Source: Bacillota bacterium
GTDB taxonomy: Bacteria; Bacillota; DULZ01
Direction of reading: 5' to 3'
Length of the DNA: 64,000 bases
NCBI GenBank assembly: GCA_041655595.1
Contig: JBBAFB010000002.1
Coordinates: 1-64,000 of the forward strand
The position numbers and the translations under genes were made by a program. The notes under the pieces are model-generated. The model did no database searches and had not been told where the DNA came from. It was given only the letters and a program-made list of their open reading frames with translations. Positions within the stretch are counted from its first letter, which is position 1, and each line of letters opens with the position of its first letter. This document shows positions 18,925 to 28,975 of this stretch, piece after piece.

Positions 18925-20442
18925 ATGAAAAAGAGCGGTAATAAAACTGATGGTCATGATATGGTTTTACCTATGAATGATGATCTGGATGTTTTATTAT
19001 GTAAGGATTCCTTGTTAACACCTATTTGTCAGCATAAAAAATGTTACCAAACACTGGTAGCTATTGGGGACGCTATTATGGTGGTTAATATGCATGGGGG
19101 AGTGGAATTTTTGAATCCCATGGCATCCGAATTAACCGGTTGGACCCTAGAAGATGTGTCAGGGGTGAGCTACAAAAAAATTTTTCTGTTGTCAGGGGAT
19201 CGGAAAGGTGTTGTTATCCAAGATTCCGTTGAAAAAGTGTTAATGAGTGGGAAGGGCCAAAAACTGACCGACTATGCTATTTTAACTTCAAAAAAAGGTG
19301 TTAAATATTTTATTGAGGGTAATGTATCCCCTATTATTGATACAAAAGGGAAGTCGGTTGGGGCAGCGATTGCTTTTAGGGACATTAGCGAAAAGAAAGA
19401 AGAAAGAACTAAAATTGAGTATTTAAGTTACCATGATTATTTAACTGGACTATATAACAGGCGTTATTTTGAAGAGGAATTAAACCGGCTTGATACAAAG
19501 CGGAACTTACCTATCTCTATTCTAATGGGCGATGTTAATGGCTTAAAATTAATTAATGATATCTTTGGACATAGTTATGGGGATAAAATGCTAAAGGAAG
19601 TTGCCGGTATTATGCAAAACGAGTGTCGCTCGGATGATATCATCGCTCGTTGGGGTGGGGATGAATTTGTAATGCTACTACCTAAAACAGATTTAAATGA
19701 AGCGGAAAAAATTGCACTCAGAATCAAAAACAAGATTTCCACAATCAAGGACTATGCAATAGAAATTAGTATTTCTATAGGTTGTGATAGTAAAACTCAT
19801 GAAAACCTTGACATGATACGAACATTAAATAAGGCCGAAACAAAAATGTATTATTCGAAAACGCTGGAAAAGAGCAGCAAACAATGTGATGAGCTTGAAG
19901 CCATTGTAAATTTGTTTTTTGAAAATTATGAGAGAGAAAGACAACATGCTGAGTATGTCAGTAAAATGTCTCGGGAGGTTGGGATCGCATTAAATCTTTC
20001 TCAACTAGACATTCAAAAATTAATGAAGGTGGGGCGGCTTCATAATATTGGAAAAGTTATTTTAGAGCCGGGCATTTCAGGTAAGGAGCAATTGTTAAAA
20101 CTATCAGAATATAAAGTTGAAGAATCTCATCCACTGGTGGGTTACAGGATATTGTCAAATTTTGATGATACCTTGGAATTAGCAGATATCGTTCTGGCGC
20201 ATCATGAAAATTGGGATGGCTCGGGCTTTCCAAAGCGGTTAAAAGGTGAAAAGATCCCTTTGATGGCACGAATTATAAATATTGTAGGTTCCTTTGAACA
20301 AATGATTCATTCCTCGGGGCAGGCCACAGTTAAAAGTTATAGTGACGCTATTCTAGAAATTAAAAATGGCGCAGGCACAAAATTTGATCCAAAGATAGTA
20401 GATGTTTTTATTGAGTTATTACATGCCAAAAAAGGCAACTAA
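18925..20442 (+). CDS. PAS–GGDEF–HD-GYP multidomain c-di-GMP signalling protein
   Basis: PAS region (MASELTGWTLEDVSG), GGDEF region (YHDYLTGLYNRRYF...RWGGDEFVMLLP) and HD-GYP region (HNIGKVIL...HHENWDGSGFP, where GFP replaces GYP). Confidence 0.75.
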   Translation: MKKSGNKTDGHDMVLPMNDDLDVLLCKDSLLTPICQHKKCYQTLVAIGDAIMVVNMHGGVEFLNPMASELTGWTLEDVSGVSYKKIFLLSGDRKGVVIQDSVEKVLMSGKGQKLTDYAILTSKKGVKYFIEGNVSPIIDTKGKSVGAAIAFRDISEKKEERTKIEYLSYHDYLTGLYNRRYFEEELNRLDTKRNLPISILMGDVNGLKLINDIFGHSYGDKMLKEVAGIMQNECRSDDIIARWGGDEFVMLLPKTDLNEAEKIALRIKNKISTIKDYAIEISISIGCDSKTHENLDMIRTLNKAETKMYYSKTLEKSSKQCDELEAIVNLFFENYERERQHAEYVSKMSREVGIALNLSQLDIQKLMKVGRLHNIGKVILEPGISGKEQLLKLSEYKVEESHPLVGYRILSNFDDTLELADIVLAHHENWDGSGFPKRLKGEKIPLMARIINIVGSFEQMIHSSGQATVKSYSDAILEIKNGAGTKFDPKIVDVFIELLHAKKGN

Positions 20443-20569
20443 CAGGCAGGCAATTTTGTGGAAAATGAAAACATCGGCTTTTTTATAATTCCCATAGAAG
20501 AATATGAAAAAATGGTAGGCTTGTTAAGGGTCTTGAAACGACTAAACCTAGCCCAATTTAAATTTTTTG

Positions 20570-20599
20570 TTGACAGCAACAAAATTTTAATGCTAAACT
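20570..20599 (+). promoter_or_regulatory. putative sigma-A promoter of the trp T-box leader
   Basis: TTGACA at 20570-20575 and a TAAACT-like -10 17-18 nt downstream. Confidence 0.45.
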
Positions 20600-20617
20600 T
20601 AGGTCAATATGTGAAAC

Positions 20618-20872
20618 CAATGAGCGGGAGCAGTAGAAATAATGATTTGTATCAAGAGAGTCGTCGGTTGGTGGAAGGCGATTACAATAATTATTTTGAA
20701 TGGACCTGTGAGGGAGGCCCGAAACCTTAGGGAAGTAGGCGCCTACGGAATCCAAAGCCGTTATTAATGGAAGGTATAGTTGCTATACAAAACAAGTGGG
20801 CATTTTGCCAATTTGGGTGGTACCGCAGGAGCTAAAGCTTTTGTCCCTATTTTTGGGATGAAAGTTTTTTAT
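20618..20872 (+). promoter_or_regulatory. T-box riboswitch leader, Trp-specific (specifier UGG), controlling trpBA
   Basis: Stem I begins AATGAGCGGGAGCAGTAG..AGAGAG. Specifier loop is ggTTGGTGGAagg (UGG-A at 20672-20675). Conserved T-box core AATTTGGGTGGTACCGCAGG at 20808-20829. Terminator is aaagcttttgtccc/gggatgaaagtttttt. Confidence 0.8.
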
Positions 20873-20975
20873 TTTTATTAAGATATCCGGGTAGACCTCC
20901 CAGTGGTTGGTAATAAGCTTGGTACAACACTGTTTGAAAATGACTGAGGCAATTTAAAAAGGAGGATGATGAGAA

Positions 20976-22169
20976 TTGAGGAGTGCAGTTGAGGGGAGGT
21001 TTGGCATTCATGGGGGGCAATATTTACCTGAAATACTGATGAATGCCGTAATTGAACTGGAAGAAGCCTATAACCACTACAAAAAAGACCCGGGGTTCCA
21101 GAAAGAATTGAATGATTTACTTAATAATTACGCCGGTAGGCCGTCTTTGCTTTATTACGCGGCAAAAATGACGGCAGATCTCGGCGGAGCAAAGATTTAT
21201 TTAAAAAGGGAGGATCTGAACCATACCGGTTCCCATAAAATCAACAATGTTCTCGGACAGGTTTTGCTGGCTAAAAAAATGGGCAAGGTGAGGGTGATTG
21301 CAGAAACCGGGGCCGGCCAGCACGGAGTTGCAACTGCTACGGCGGCAGCTTTAATGGGCTTGGAATGTGAAATTTTTATGGGCAAGGAGGATACCGAAAG
21401 GCAAGCCTTAAATGTTTACCGAATGGAATTGTTAGGGGCTAAGGTTCACCAAGTAACCTGCGGAACCCAGACACTAAAGGATGCAGTTAACGAAACTATG
21501 AAGGAATGGGTCAGCAGAATTGAGGATACCCACTATGTCTTAGGTTCGGTGGTAGGCCCTCATCCCTTTCCGGTAATTGTTAGAGATTTACAAAGCATCA
21601 TTGGCAGGGAAATCAAAGGTCAACTGCAGACAGCAGAAGGTCGTTTGCCTGATGTGGTACTGGCGGCCGTTGGCGGCGGTAGTAATGCTATGGGTGCCTT
21701 TTATGAATTTATTGGGGATGAAAATGTTCGCTTAATCGGTTGCGAGGCCGGTGGACGGGGCTTAGATACAGAAGATCATGCTGCCAGCGTCAATAAGGGT
21801 TCAGTCGGTATTTTTCACGGAATGAAATCTTACTTTTTCCAAGATAATTATGGTCAAATAAAACCCGTTTATTCTATTTCTGCCGGTCTTGATTACCCCG
21901 GGGTGGGTCCGGAGCACTCCGCCTTACATGATTCGGGCAGGGCTCAATATGTAGCTATAACCGATGAAGAGGCGGTGGATGCTTTTGAGTATCTGTCCAA
22001 AGTTGAAGGGATTATTCCGGCTATAGAAAGCGCCCATGCCGTAGCCTATGCAAAAAAAATTGCGGGTCAACTGAGTAGGGAGCAAATAATGGTTATTTGT
22101 CTTTCCGGCAGGGGGGACAAGGATGTGGCTGCTATAGCCCGCTATAGAGGAGTGAAACTTTATGACTAA
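20976..22169 (+). CDS. trpB: tryptophan synthase beta chain
   Basis: Motifs HTGSHKINN and GGGSNA(MG). TTG start 10 nt after the SD AAAAAGGAGGA. Confidence 0.9.
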   Translation: MRSAVEGRFGIHGGQYLPEILMNAVIELEEAYNHYKKDPGFQKELNDLLNNYAGRPSLLYYAAKMTADLGGAKIYLKREDLNHTGSHKINNVLGQVLLAKKMGKVRVIAETGAGQHGVATATAAALMGLECEIFMGKEDTERQALNVYRMELLGAKVHQVTCGTQTLKDAVNETMKEWVSRIEDTHYVLGSVVGPHPFPVIVRDLQSIIGREIKGQLQTAEGRLPDVVLAAVGGGSNAMGAFYEFIGDENVRLIGCEAGGRGLDTEDHAASVNKGSVGIFHGMKSYFFQDNYGQIKPVYSISAGLDYPGVGPEHSALHDSGRAQYVAITDEEAVDAFEYLSKVEGIIPAIESAHAVAYAKKIAGQLSREQIMVICLSGRGDKDVAAIARYRGVKLYD

Positions 22170-22911
22170 TTTGCAAAAAATGTTCAGCAAGGAAAAAATG
22201 CTTATCCCTTTTATCACAGGCGGCGATCCCGAAATAGCCTTTACCGAGCAATTGATTCTAGGGTTCAAAAAGGGCGGATTTAACTTGGTCGGGGTAGGAA
22301 TTCCATTTTCTGATCCGGTTGCCGGGGGACAAATAATTCAAGATGCGGATTTCAGGGCTTTGTCTGGTGGAGTAACAACAGATAAAATCTTTGAAATGCT
22401 AAAAAGCGTCCAACAACAAATTGATATTTCAATAATTCTGGTAAGCTATGCTAACCCTATTTTTGTATACGGCCCGGATAAATTTATGCAAAATTGCCGG
22501 GAAGCAAAGGTGGAGGGTATAATAGTACCGGACCTCCCCTTTGAGGAAAAAAAGGAGTTTCTGCCTTTTTGCCGGGAATACCGGCTGGCCTTGATTTCCA
22601 CCATAGCACCTACCTCGAAAAATCGCATCGAGATGATTACCGAGGAAGCGGAGGGGTTTATTCATTGTATGCCATCTATTAGTTTGATGGATCAGCCCGA
22701 GAAAATGCTGGACGAGCTTAAAAACACGGTGGAAATGATCAAAAAAGTAAAGGATATCCCCTGCGTTGTAGATTTCAACCCTGTTAATGCCGAGCAGAGG
22801 AGGCTGATAATGGAGCAATTTGATGGAATGTTAATCAGCAGCAGGGTAGTTGAAATAATAGGTAAGCGTGGGCAGGGCAGTTTACCCTATGTGCTGGACT
22901 ATCTCAAATAG
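22162..22911 (+). CDS. trpA: tryptophan synthase alpha chain
   Basis: [11 protein letters not shown]...[10 protein letters not shown](G)G motif. Overlaps trpB by 8 nt. Confidence 0.85.
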   Translation: MTNLQKMFSKEKMLIPFITGGDPEIAFTEQLILGFKKGGFNLVGVGIPFSDPVAGGQIIQDADFRALSGGVTTDKIFEMLKSVQQQIDISIILVSYANPIFVYGPDKFMQNCREAKVEGIIVPDLPFEEKKEFLPFCREYRLALISTIAPTSKNRIEMITEEAEGFIHCMPSISLMDQPEKMLDELKNTVEMIKKVKDIPCVVDFNPVNAEQRRLIMEQFDGMLISSRVVEIIGKRGQGSLPYVLDYLK

Positions 22912-22954
22912 TAGGGCTCTGTAGGGTATTCTATCCAAGTCTGCTAAAGAGGTG

Positions 22955-23614
22955 ATGGCATTGAAGCAGAGAACTTTGACAAAAAAAATGATCATTGAAA
23001 CAGGGAAAGAGATGTTTTCTTGTGGCCTGGTGGTTGGCACCTGGGGTAATATCAGCGCTAGGCTTCCGGGGGAAGAAAATCTACTAGCCATTACCCCTAG
23101 CGGTATGGATTATTTGAGTTTAACCCCGGAGGATCTTGTGTTGGCTGAATTAACCGGGGAGATTATGGAAGGCAGCAGAAAACCTTCTATTGAGCTTCCC
23201 CTGCATTTAGCGGTGTATAATGCCAGACCGGAGATTCAAGCAGTTGTTCATGTCCATAGTGTTTACGCAACCGCCTGGGCAGCGGCTAGAAAAAGCATAC
23301 CCGGGGCTTTAGAAGATTTAGTGCAAATAGCAGGCGGGGATGTAAAAGTAGCCGATTATGCCTTGCCGGGTACGGAGGAATTAGGCGGAAATGCAGTTAG
23401 GGCTTTAAAAGGCCGGCAAGGGGTGCTTTTGGCTAATCATGGCCTCCTGGGTGCCGGACGGGATTTAAAGGAGGCTCTAAAAGTTTGTCAGATAGTAGAG
23501 AAGGCCGCCAAAACTTTATTGGCTGCACAACTGCTGGGCGGTGCGGTGGCATTATCTGAGGAAGATATTCTAAATATGAGGGATTTTTATCTCAATTCCT
23601 ATGGGCAGAGGTGA
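22955..23614 (+). CDS. class II aldolase/adducin-family protein (fuculose-phosphate aldolase-like)
   Basis: GTWGNISARL...AVVHVHS...ANHGLLGAG metal-dependent aldolase motifs. Confidence 0.75.
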   Translation: MALKQRTLTKKMIIETGKEMFSCGLVVGTWGNISARLPGEENLLAITPSGMDYLSLTPEDLVLAELTGEIMEGSRKPSIELPLHLAVYNARPEIQAVVHVHSVYATAWAAARKSIPGALEDLVQIAGGDVKVADYALPGTEELGGNAVRALKGRQGVLLANHGLLGAGRDLKEALKVCQIVEKAAKTLLAAQLLGGAVALSEEDILNMRDFYLNSYGQR

Positions 23615-23618
23615 TTTC

Positions 23619-24809
23619 ATGAACGCTAAAAGAAAACAAAAACTTGGTTTTAATACCTTAAGCATCCATCAGGATGACAGGCAGCCCTTGAAGGCACTAA
23701 ATCCGCCTATTTTTATGACCTCTACCTTTTCATTTGACAGCATTGAAGATGCCGACGAGGTATTTTCTTTTGAGAAGGATGATTTTGTCTATACTAGGGG
23801 CAACAATCCAACCCTACGTTTATTGGAAGAAAAAATGGCAGCCCTGGAAAACGGGGCGGCGGGGGTAGCCTTCGGATCAGGTATGGGGGCCATCAGCAGC
23901 ACCTTGTTATCCCTGCTGGCTCCGGGGGATGAAGTCCTGACCCATCGCACCGTCTATGGCAGCAGCTACAATGTATTAAAAAACATCTTGCCTCGTTATC
24001 AAATTGAAGCAAGGTTTGTTAATTTCACTGACCTGGCTAGAGTGGAAGGTTTAATTAGCAGCAAAACGAAGGTCTTTTATTTTGAAACGCCTGCTAACCC
24101 TAATTTAGAAATAATAGATTTAGCAGGGGTTAAGGAGGTAGCCCGGCGGTATGGGATCCGTATAATTGTAGATAATACCTTTGCCAGTCCTTTTTTTCAA
24201 AACCCATTAGATTACGGCGCCGATGTAGTTGTTCACAGCGCCACTAAGTACATAGCCGGTTTTGGGGCAGGCTTGGGAGGCATTGCAGTAAGCCGTGATT
24301 TAGATTATATCCAAGAATTAAAATTCGGCTATATGTGTGAGTTGGGCAGTGTGATGAGTCCTTTTAACGGTTGGTTGTTCTTACAAGGACTAAAAACATT
24401 GGGGCTTAGGATGAAGCAGCATGAAGCAAATGCCTTTGAAGTAGCAGGATACTTGGTTCGACATCCAAAGGTTGAACAAGTTTTTTACCCCGGGTTGCCC
24501 GGTTTTTCCGGTCATGAAATAGCCAAGAAGCAAATGAGGGGCTTTGGAGGCATGTTGAGTTTTGAGCTAAAAGGAGATTTAGCTACTTCAAAAAAGCTGA
24601 TCAATAATTTTAGACTGATAAAATTGGCTGTAAGCTTAGGCGATGCCGAAACCTTGGCAGAACACCCTGCAGCAATGACCCATAGAGGCTACCCTCGTGA
24701 AGAACTAAATAGCTTTGGGCTAACAGAAACTATGATTAGGCTTTCCGTCGGCCTGGAAGATGTGGCAGATATTATTTTTGACCTGGAACAAGCCCTGGAT
24801 AAAATCTAG
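23619..24809 (+). CDS. PLP-dependent Cys/Met-metabolism enzyme (methionine gamma-lyase / cystathionine gamma-synthase family)
   Basis: YTRGNNPT...HSATKYIAG(FG) pyridoxal-lysine motif, about 397 aa. Confidence 0.8.
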   Translation: MNAKRKQKLGFNTLSIHQDDRQPLKALNPPIFMTSTFSFDSIEDADEVFSFEKDDFVYTRGNNPTLRLLEEKMAALENGAAGVAFGSGMGAISSTLLSLLAPGDEVLTHRTVYGSSYNVLKNILPRYQIEARFVNFTDLARVEGLISSKTKVFYFETPANPNLEIIDLAGVKEVARRYGIRIIVDNTFASPFFQNPLDYGADVVVHSATKYIAGFGAGLGGIAVSRDLDYIQELKFGYMCELGSVMSPFNGWLFLQGLKTLGLRMKQHEANAFEVAGYLVRHPKVEQVFYPGLPGFSGHEIAKKQMRGFGGMLSFELKGDLATSKKLINNFRLIKLAVSLGDAETLAEHPAAMTHRGYPREELNSFGLTETMIRLSVGLEDVADIIFDLEQALDKI

Positions 24810-24859
24810 GCGAAATACAGTTTAGGACGCAGTAGGAGTCTACCTATTACCAGCGGATC

Positions 24860-25549
24860 TTGGAGGCGGTTGCGATAAAAGAAGCATTAATTATTTTGGA
24901 TCAAATTCCTTTTGCCTTGGACGTAGATAATTATCTAAAAAAGCTTAGATTAGGTAGTAGAGTTAAATATATTGAACGAGCAAGGGCTCTTGCCTTTGAG
25001 GCACAGGAAATAGGTAGGCCGAAAGCTTTTTCCCGTCCGGCCTACATCGAAAAAAAAGGTGATGGGACAATTGTTGTGGAAGGAATTACCTTTAACAGCA
25101 GCCTTTTTAATTTAAATTTACAGGATGTTTTCCGGGTTTTTCCCTTTGTTGCCACTTGCGGAACAGAGTTGGAGGATTGGAGTAAGACTAAAACCAGTAT
25201 CTTGGAACAATTATGGGCAGATATGTTGAAACAGGAGGCCTTAAGGGTTGCTATTAATGCACTGGTGGCTTATCTGAGTAATAATTTCGGGTTAAAAAAA
25301 GTAGGTCAGATGAATCCCGGATCTTTACCTGCGTGGCCCCTAACGGAGCAAATTCCCTTATTTCACCTACTAAACAAATCCGAGGAGGCCATTGGTGTGG
25401 TTTTAACCGAAGGTTTGGCAATGTACCCCGTTAAATCAGTTTCGGGATTTCTTTTTCCCTCTGCAACGGAATTTAAAAACTGCCAGCTTTGTCAAAGGGA
25501 GGGCTGCCCGGGCCGTAAAATTCCCTATGCCGCAGATCTTTTAAAGTGA
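24860..25549 (+). CDS. vitamin-B12-dependent methionine synthase activation-domain-like protein
   Basis: About 229 aa with a C-terminal CQLCQREGCPG. The assignment rests on recalled family resemblance and the TTG start is uncertain. Confidence 0.4.
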   Translation: MEAVAIKEALIILDQIPFALDVDNYLKKLRLGSRVKYIERARALAFEAQEIGRPKAFSRPAYIEKKGDGTIVVEGITFNSSLFNLNLQDVFRVFPFVATCGTELEDWSKTKTSILEQLWADMLKQEALRVAINALVAYLSNNFGLKKVGQMNPGSLPAWPLTEQIPLFHLLNKSEEAIGVVLTEGLAMYPVKSVSGFLFPSATEFKNCQLCQREGCPGRKIPYAADLLK

Positions 25550-25709
25550 TAGAATCGGTGTTTGTTTTGCTACTGTCTTTTGAAAAGGGAAGGAGCTTTT
25601 AAAATTTCAGGAAGGAATAACCATTATCTTTCTGCTTTTTCTTGCATAATCCACTTCTTTCTACCTCATACTAGTTTTAGCTTTAACAATTATAAAAGGA
25701 GTGGATTTC

Positions 25710-26270
25710 ATGAACTTTCAAATTCAGCAGCTGGAATCTAGGATTAGTCAACTGCAGAGGGAATTATCTAATCTCAGCAGTCAAATTCATCAAATCTCTT
25801 CTCTGGGTTCATCCTATTCAGGTTCCTCAGGTATGGCAGGGGGGATGGGAGGCTTTGTAGGCGGTTCCGGTTTTGGAGGCAGCTCCGGAATTGGTAGCAG
25901 CCCTTGGTCGGGTTCCTCCCAGGGTTTCCCCGGCAATGTGGCTTCCTTTACACCTCCACAAAGCGGCAAGGCGGGTGTTGGTGACTTTGGTGACCAAAGC
26001 TACAAGGGCCCGGGCATGGGTCAAAGCTGGGAAAGTGGTTACATGGGTTCTAGCCATTACGGGGGTTATCCCGGTAGCGGTATGAGCGGAAGCGGCGGCG
26101 GTTTTGCCGGCGGCTTTAGCGGCAGTGGTTTTGGGGGCGGTGGTATTTCTTCCAACATTGCAACTCATACCAGCCCCAGTCCCTTGGCAGGCAGTGTGGT
26201 AGATTCACCCTTGGGCAGGCAAGATTACGGCATTGGCGGCGGTCAATCCCACAGATTAGGACAGTATTAA
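25710..26270 (+). CDS. Gly/Ser-rich low-complexity protein with N-terminal coiled-coil (possible spore coat/exosporium component)
   Basis: MNFQIQQLESRISQLQRELSNL, then long GSGFGGSSG/GYPGSGMSGSGGG tracts. SD AAAGGAG 8 nt upstream, with a strong terminator after the gene. Confidence 0.55.
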   Translation: MNFQIQQLESRISQLQRELSNLSSQIHQISSLGSSYSGSSGMAGGMGGFVGGSGFGGSSGIGSSPWSGSSQGFPGNVASFTPPQSGKAGVGDFGDQSYKGPGMGQSWESGYMGSSHYGGYPGSGMSGSGGGFAGGFSGSGFGGGGISSNIATHTSPSPLAGSVVDSPLGRQDYGIGGGQSHRLGQY

Positions 26271-26273
26271 AAG

Positions 26274-26302
26274 TTTAAAAGGGCCATGTTGGCCCTTTTT
26301 TT
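26274..26302 (+). terminator. rho-independent terminator
   Basis: gggccaTGTtggccc hairpin followed by seven T residues. A second hairpin followed by a T-run lies at 26363-26389. Confidence 0.75.
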
Positions 26303-26391
26303 CTGTGTTTTCAGTAGCGGTTTTGAAGGTGGTGAACTTGATAAAATTAATTCGTAAGCTTTGCCGTTTAGATCCCGTGGGATCTTTTTTG

Positions 26392-26667
26392 TTAAGCTGT
26401 GATCATCTGTTGAGAAGTGTTTCTAAGTGATTCTATTTCTCCCGGTGAAGCCGGGGTAGTTTGGTACCAACCTAGGTGGCTCATTAATTCAAAAATGTGT
26501 TCCTGATGTCTTAAGGACATATCTAAAGTTTTTAATACTTCGTTTCTCAACTCAAAATTGGCACATTCCATTGCTAAATTAAGTAGATGTACACTACAGC
26601 TTTTGTGATGGTCCAAAAGAATTTGCATCATTTCCTTGCCCGGAATTTGTCCCTGCAAAATTTTCAC
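26392..26667 (-). CDS. Coat F domain-like small spore coat protein
   Basis: About 90 aa with an LLDHHKS...ELRNEVL...HQEHIFELMSHLGWY pattern, recalled as typical of CotF/YraD-like proteins. Confidence 0.5.
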   Translation of the reverse strand: MKILQGQIPGKEMMQILLDHHKSCSVHLLNLAMECANFELRNEVLKTLDMSLRHQEHIFELMSHLGWYQTTPASPGEIESLRNTSQQMITA

Positions 26668-26682
26668 TCCTTAAATTAGTAT

Positions 26683-26883
26683 TTAGATAAATCGTGCTAA
26701 ACCGGCAGCTTGTTGTTGGTGATCCTTTACCATTGTTTCGCAAATGTTTTTGCAACTGGGTTCAATGCAGTTTTGCCTGGCAAATTCCATTAACTGTACC
26801 AGCGCAAGGTCAGACTTGTAGTGATTTTCCAGCATAATGCATTCGATATTTGTTAGCTGGCTCAAACTCTCACCCCCTTTCAA
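26683..26883 (-). CDS. Coat F domain-like small protein (paired with the gene at 26392-26667)
   Basis: 66-aa ORF with a similar helical pattern (ENHYKSDLALVQLMEFARQ...ICETMVKDHQQ). Confidence 0.4.
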   Translation of the reverse strand: MKGGESLSQLTNIECIMLENHYKSDLALVQLMEFARQNCIEPSCKNICETMVKDHQQQAAGLARFI

Positions 26884-26916
26884 AGTGCAGTATTGCGTCT
26901 GTTTCCGAGACCCAGT

Positions 26917-27270
26917 TTAGAAGTGGGGATAGATTCTGGAAATACGGCCTCTTTCATAGATTGATTGAGCAGCTTTGTCAGGATTGCTTTGCTCCAAGTA
27001 AAGGTCCTTCCTGGCATCCCAACCGCCTTCTTCTACCAAGGGCAAAATTTCTGCCAACACGGATTCCAACAGGCCTTCCCTGTGGAAGGATAATTCTGCG
27101 ATATCCTCGGAAAATTCGTACCCCAATCTTGCAAGTTCCTTTTTAAATTGTTCACTTTGGCTTTGATGAACAACCGGTAGTGTACCACGCACATGATCCA
27201 AGGGTAGTTTACCTCCTTTCAGTTTATTTTGGTCATTAAGCTCGGGTTTCATGCAAAAAGAGCAAAACAA
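26917..27270 (-). CDS. hypothetical protein
   Basis: ORF only. Likely starts at the internal Met (MKPELN...). Confidence 0.3.
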   Translation of the reverse strand: MFCSFCMKPELNDQNKLKGGKLPLDHVRGTLPVVHQSQSEQFKKELARLGYEFSEDIAELSFHREGLLESVLAEILPLVEEGGWDARKDLYLEQSNPDKAAQSIYERGRISRIYPHF

Positions 27271-27383
27271 AATGCCTAATCAAAAAAAATTTGCTGGACA
27301 TCCGATAGGTTTTAGTATAAAATATCTGCAAGTCCGGCATAAACCGGAAGAGAAGAGATTAGATTAGGAGAGGAGAGACAGAG

Positions 27384-28748
27384 ATGAGTAAAAATCATCC
27401 CACCAAAATTATTTTAGAAGAGAGGCAGATGCCTACTCGCTGGTACAATGTACAAGCGGATCTGCCAAATCCACTGGAGCCGCCTTTGAATCCCCAAACA
27501 CAGGAGGTGGCCGGTCCTCAAGATCTGGCAGTAATTTTCCCGGAAGAATTAATTAAACAGGAAGTGTCTCAGGAGCGTTGGATAGACATACCGGAGGAAG
27601 TCCAAAAGCTTTATCACTTATGGAGGCCATCGCCTCTTTATCGGGCATTTCAATTGGAGAAAGCCCTAAAAACACCGGCAAAAATTTATTATAAATACGA
27701 AGGGGTAAGCCCTGCAGGCAGTCATAAGCTGAATACATCAATACCCCAAGCTTATTATAATAAAAAGGCAGGTATTAAAAGGCTGACCACCGAGACCGGT
27801 GCAGGCCAATGGGGAACAGCTCTTAGTTTAGCGTGTAATTATTTTGATATGGAATGTAGAGTGTATATGGTTAAAATCTCCAGTCAACAAAAACCCTATC
27901 GTAAATCCTTGATGGAGGTTTTTGGAGCAACGGTAATTCCCAGCCCCAGTAACTTAACGGAGGCGGGCAGGCAAGTGCTGGCAAAGGACCCGGATAGCCC
28001 CGGCAGTCTGGGAATTGCCATCAGTGAAGCTGTAGAAGAAGCTGCTTCAAGAGAGGACACAAATTATGCCTTAGGTAGTGTTTTAAACCATGTAGTTGTG
28101 CATCAATCTGTGATTGGACAGGAAGCCAAAGCACAGCTGGAGCTGGTTGATACTTATCCAGATATAGTTATTGGCTGCTGCGGCGGCGGTAGTAACTTTG
28201 GGGGAACCGCATTTCCTTTTTTCCCCGATGTGCTGGCGGGTAGAGGGCCCAGATTAATAGCAGTTGAACCGGCGGCGTGCCCCACACTGACGAGGGGTAA
28301 ATTTGCTTATGACTATGGTGATTTAGCCAAGCTAACACCTATTATGAAGATGTATACCTTGGGACATGACTTCATTCCCCCCGGAATACATGCAGGGGGA
28401 TTGCGCTACCATGGGGATTCCCCCTTGGTCAGTCAATTATATCATGACGGCTATATTGAGGCAGAGGCAGTAATGCAAACGGACGTTTTTAAAGCCGCTG
28501 TCCTTTTTGCCAAGACGGAGGGCATTTTGCCGGCACCGGAAAGCGCCCACGCAATTACAACCGCCATTAATGAGGCCAACAAGGCCAAAGAGGCGGGGGA
28601 GGAAAAGGTTATTCTCTTTAACTTAAGCGGCCACGGTCACTTTGATTTAACCGCCTATGATTTTTACCTTGCCGGGGGCATTGAAGACGTGGATTATAAC
28701 GATGATTATGTCAAACAAGGATTAGCTTCTTTACCGGTGATAAAATAA
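27384..28748 (+). CDS. TrpB2-type tryptophan synthase beta-subunit paralog
   Basis: 454 aa containing [16 protein letters not shown] and [10 protein letters not shown]. The length and motifs fit the TrpB2 subfamily. Confidence 0.8.
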   Translation: MSKNHPTKIILEERQMPTRWYNVQADLPNPLEPPLNPQTQEVAGPQDLAVIFPEELIKQEVSQERWIDIPEEVQKLYHLWRPSPLYRAFQLEKALKTPAKIYYKYEGVSPAGSHKLNTSIPQAYYNKKAGIKRLTTETGAGQWGTALSLACNYFDMECRVYMVKISSQQKPYRKSLMEVFGATVIPSPSNLTEAGRQVLAKDPDSPGSLGIAISEAVEEAASREDTNYALGSVLNHVVVHQSVIGQEAKAQLELVDTYPDIVIGCCGGGSNFGGTAFPFFPDVLAGRGPRLIAVEPAACPTLTRGKFAYDYGDLAKLTPIMKMYTLGHDFIPPGIHAGGLRYHGDSPLVSQLYHDGYIEAEAVMQTDVFKAAVLFAKTEGILPAPESAHAITTAINEANKAKEAGEEKVILFNLSGHGHFDLTAYDFYLAGGIEDVDYNDDYVKQGLASLPVIK

Positions 28749-28762
28749 CAGCAAAAGAAAGG

Positions 28763-28793
28763 ATCATGCTCTCGGAGCATGGTCTTTTTTTTA
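28763..28793 (+). terminator. rho-independent terminator after trpB2
   Basis: gatcatgctcTCGGgagcatggtc hairpin followed by eight T residues. Confidence 0.75.
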
Positions 28794-28826
28794 TTAGCCC
28801 GGGTACAGCCGCGGCTATTATAATTG

Positions 28827-28858
28827 CAATAGTCTTGCAATGTATTGCAAGACTATTG
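28827..28858. repeat. perfect 15-bp inverted repeat (caatagtcttgcaat-gt-attgcaagactattg)
   Basis: Read directly from the sequence. Neither strand has a following U-tract. Confidence 0.9.
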
Positions 28859-28896
28859 TCCAAACAAAAAACAAATTTACAAACCATTTTCCCCTT

Positions 28897-28975
28897 CCAC
28901 CTCCCACCTCCCACTTTCTACTTTCTACTTTCTACCTTCTACCTTCTACTTTCCACTTTCCACTTTCCACTTCCC
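28897..28975. repeat. heptanucleotide microsatellite (~11 units of CYACYTY: cacctcc / cactttc / tactttc / taccttc)
   Basis: Tandem 7-mer array in the intergenic region, which the ORF track translates into two overlapping repetitive ORFs. Confidence 0.9.

Noticed and set aside
20458-20730. 90-aa ORF predicted upstream of trpB
   Set aside because: It overlaps the promoter and stem I of the Trp T-box leader, has low-complexity composition and no convincing SD. It is most likely untranslated leader RNA.
26355-26390. Second hairpin-plus-T-run after the Gly-rich gene considered as terminator of the minus-strand CotF-like gene
   Set aside because: The U-tract is on the plus strand only, so it is a second plus-strand terminator rather than the terminator for the minus-strand gene.
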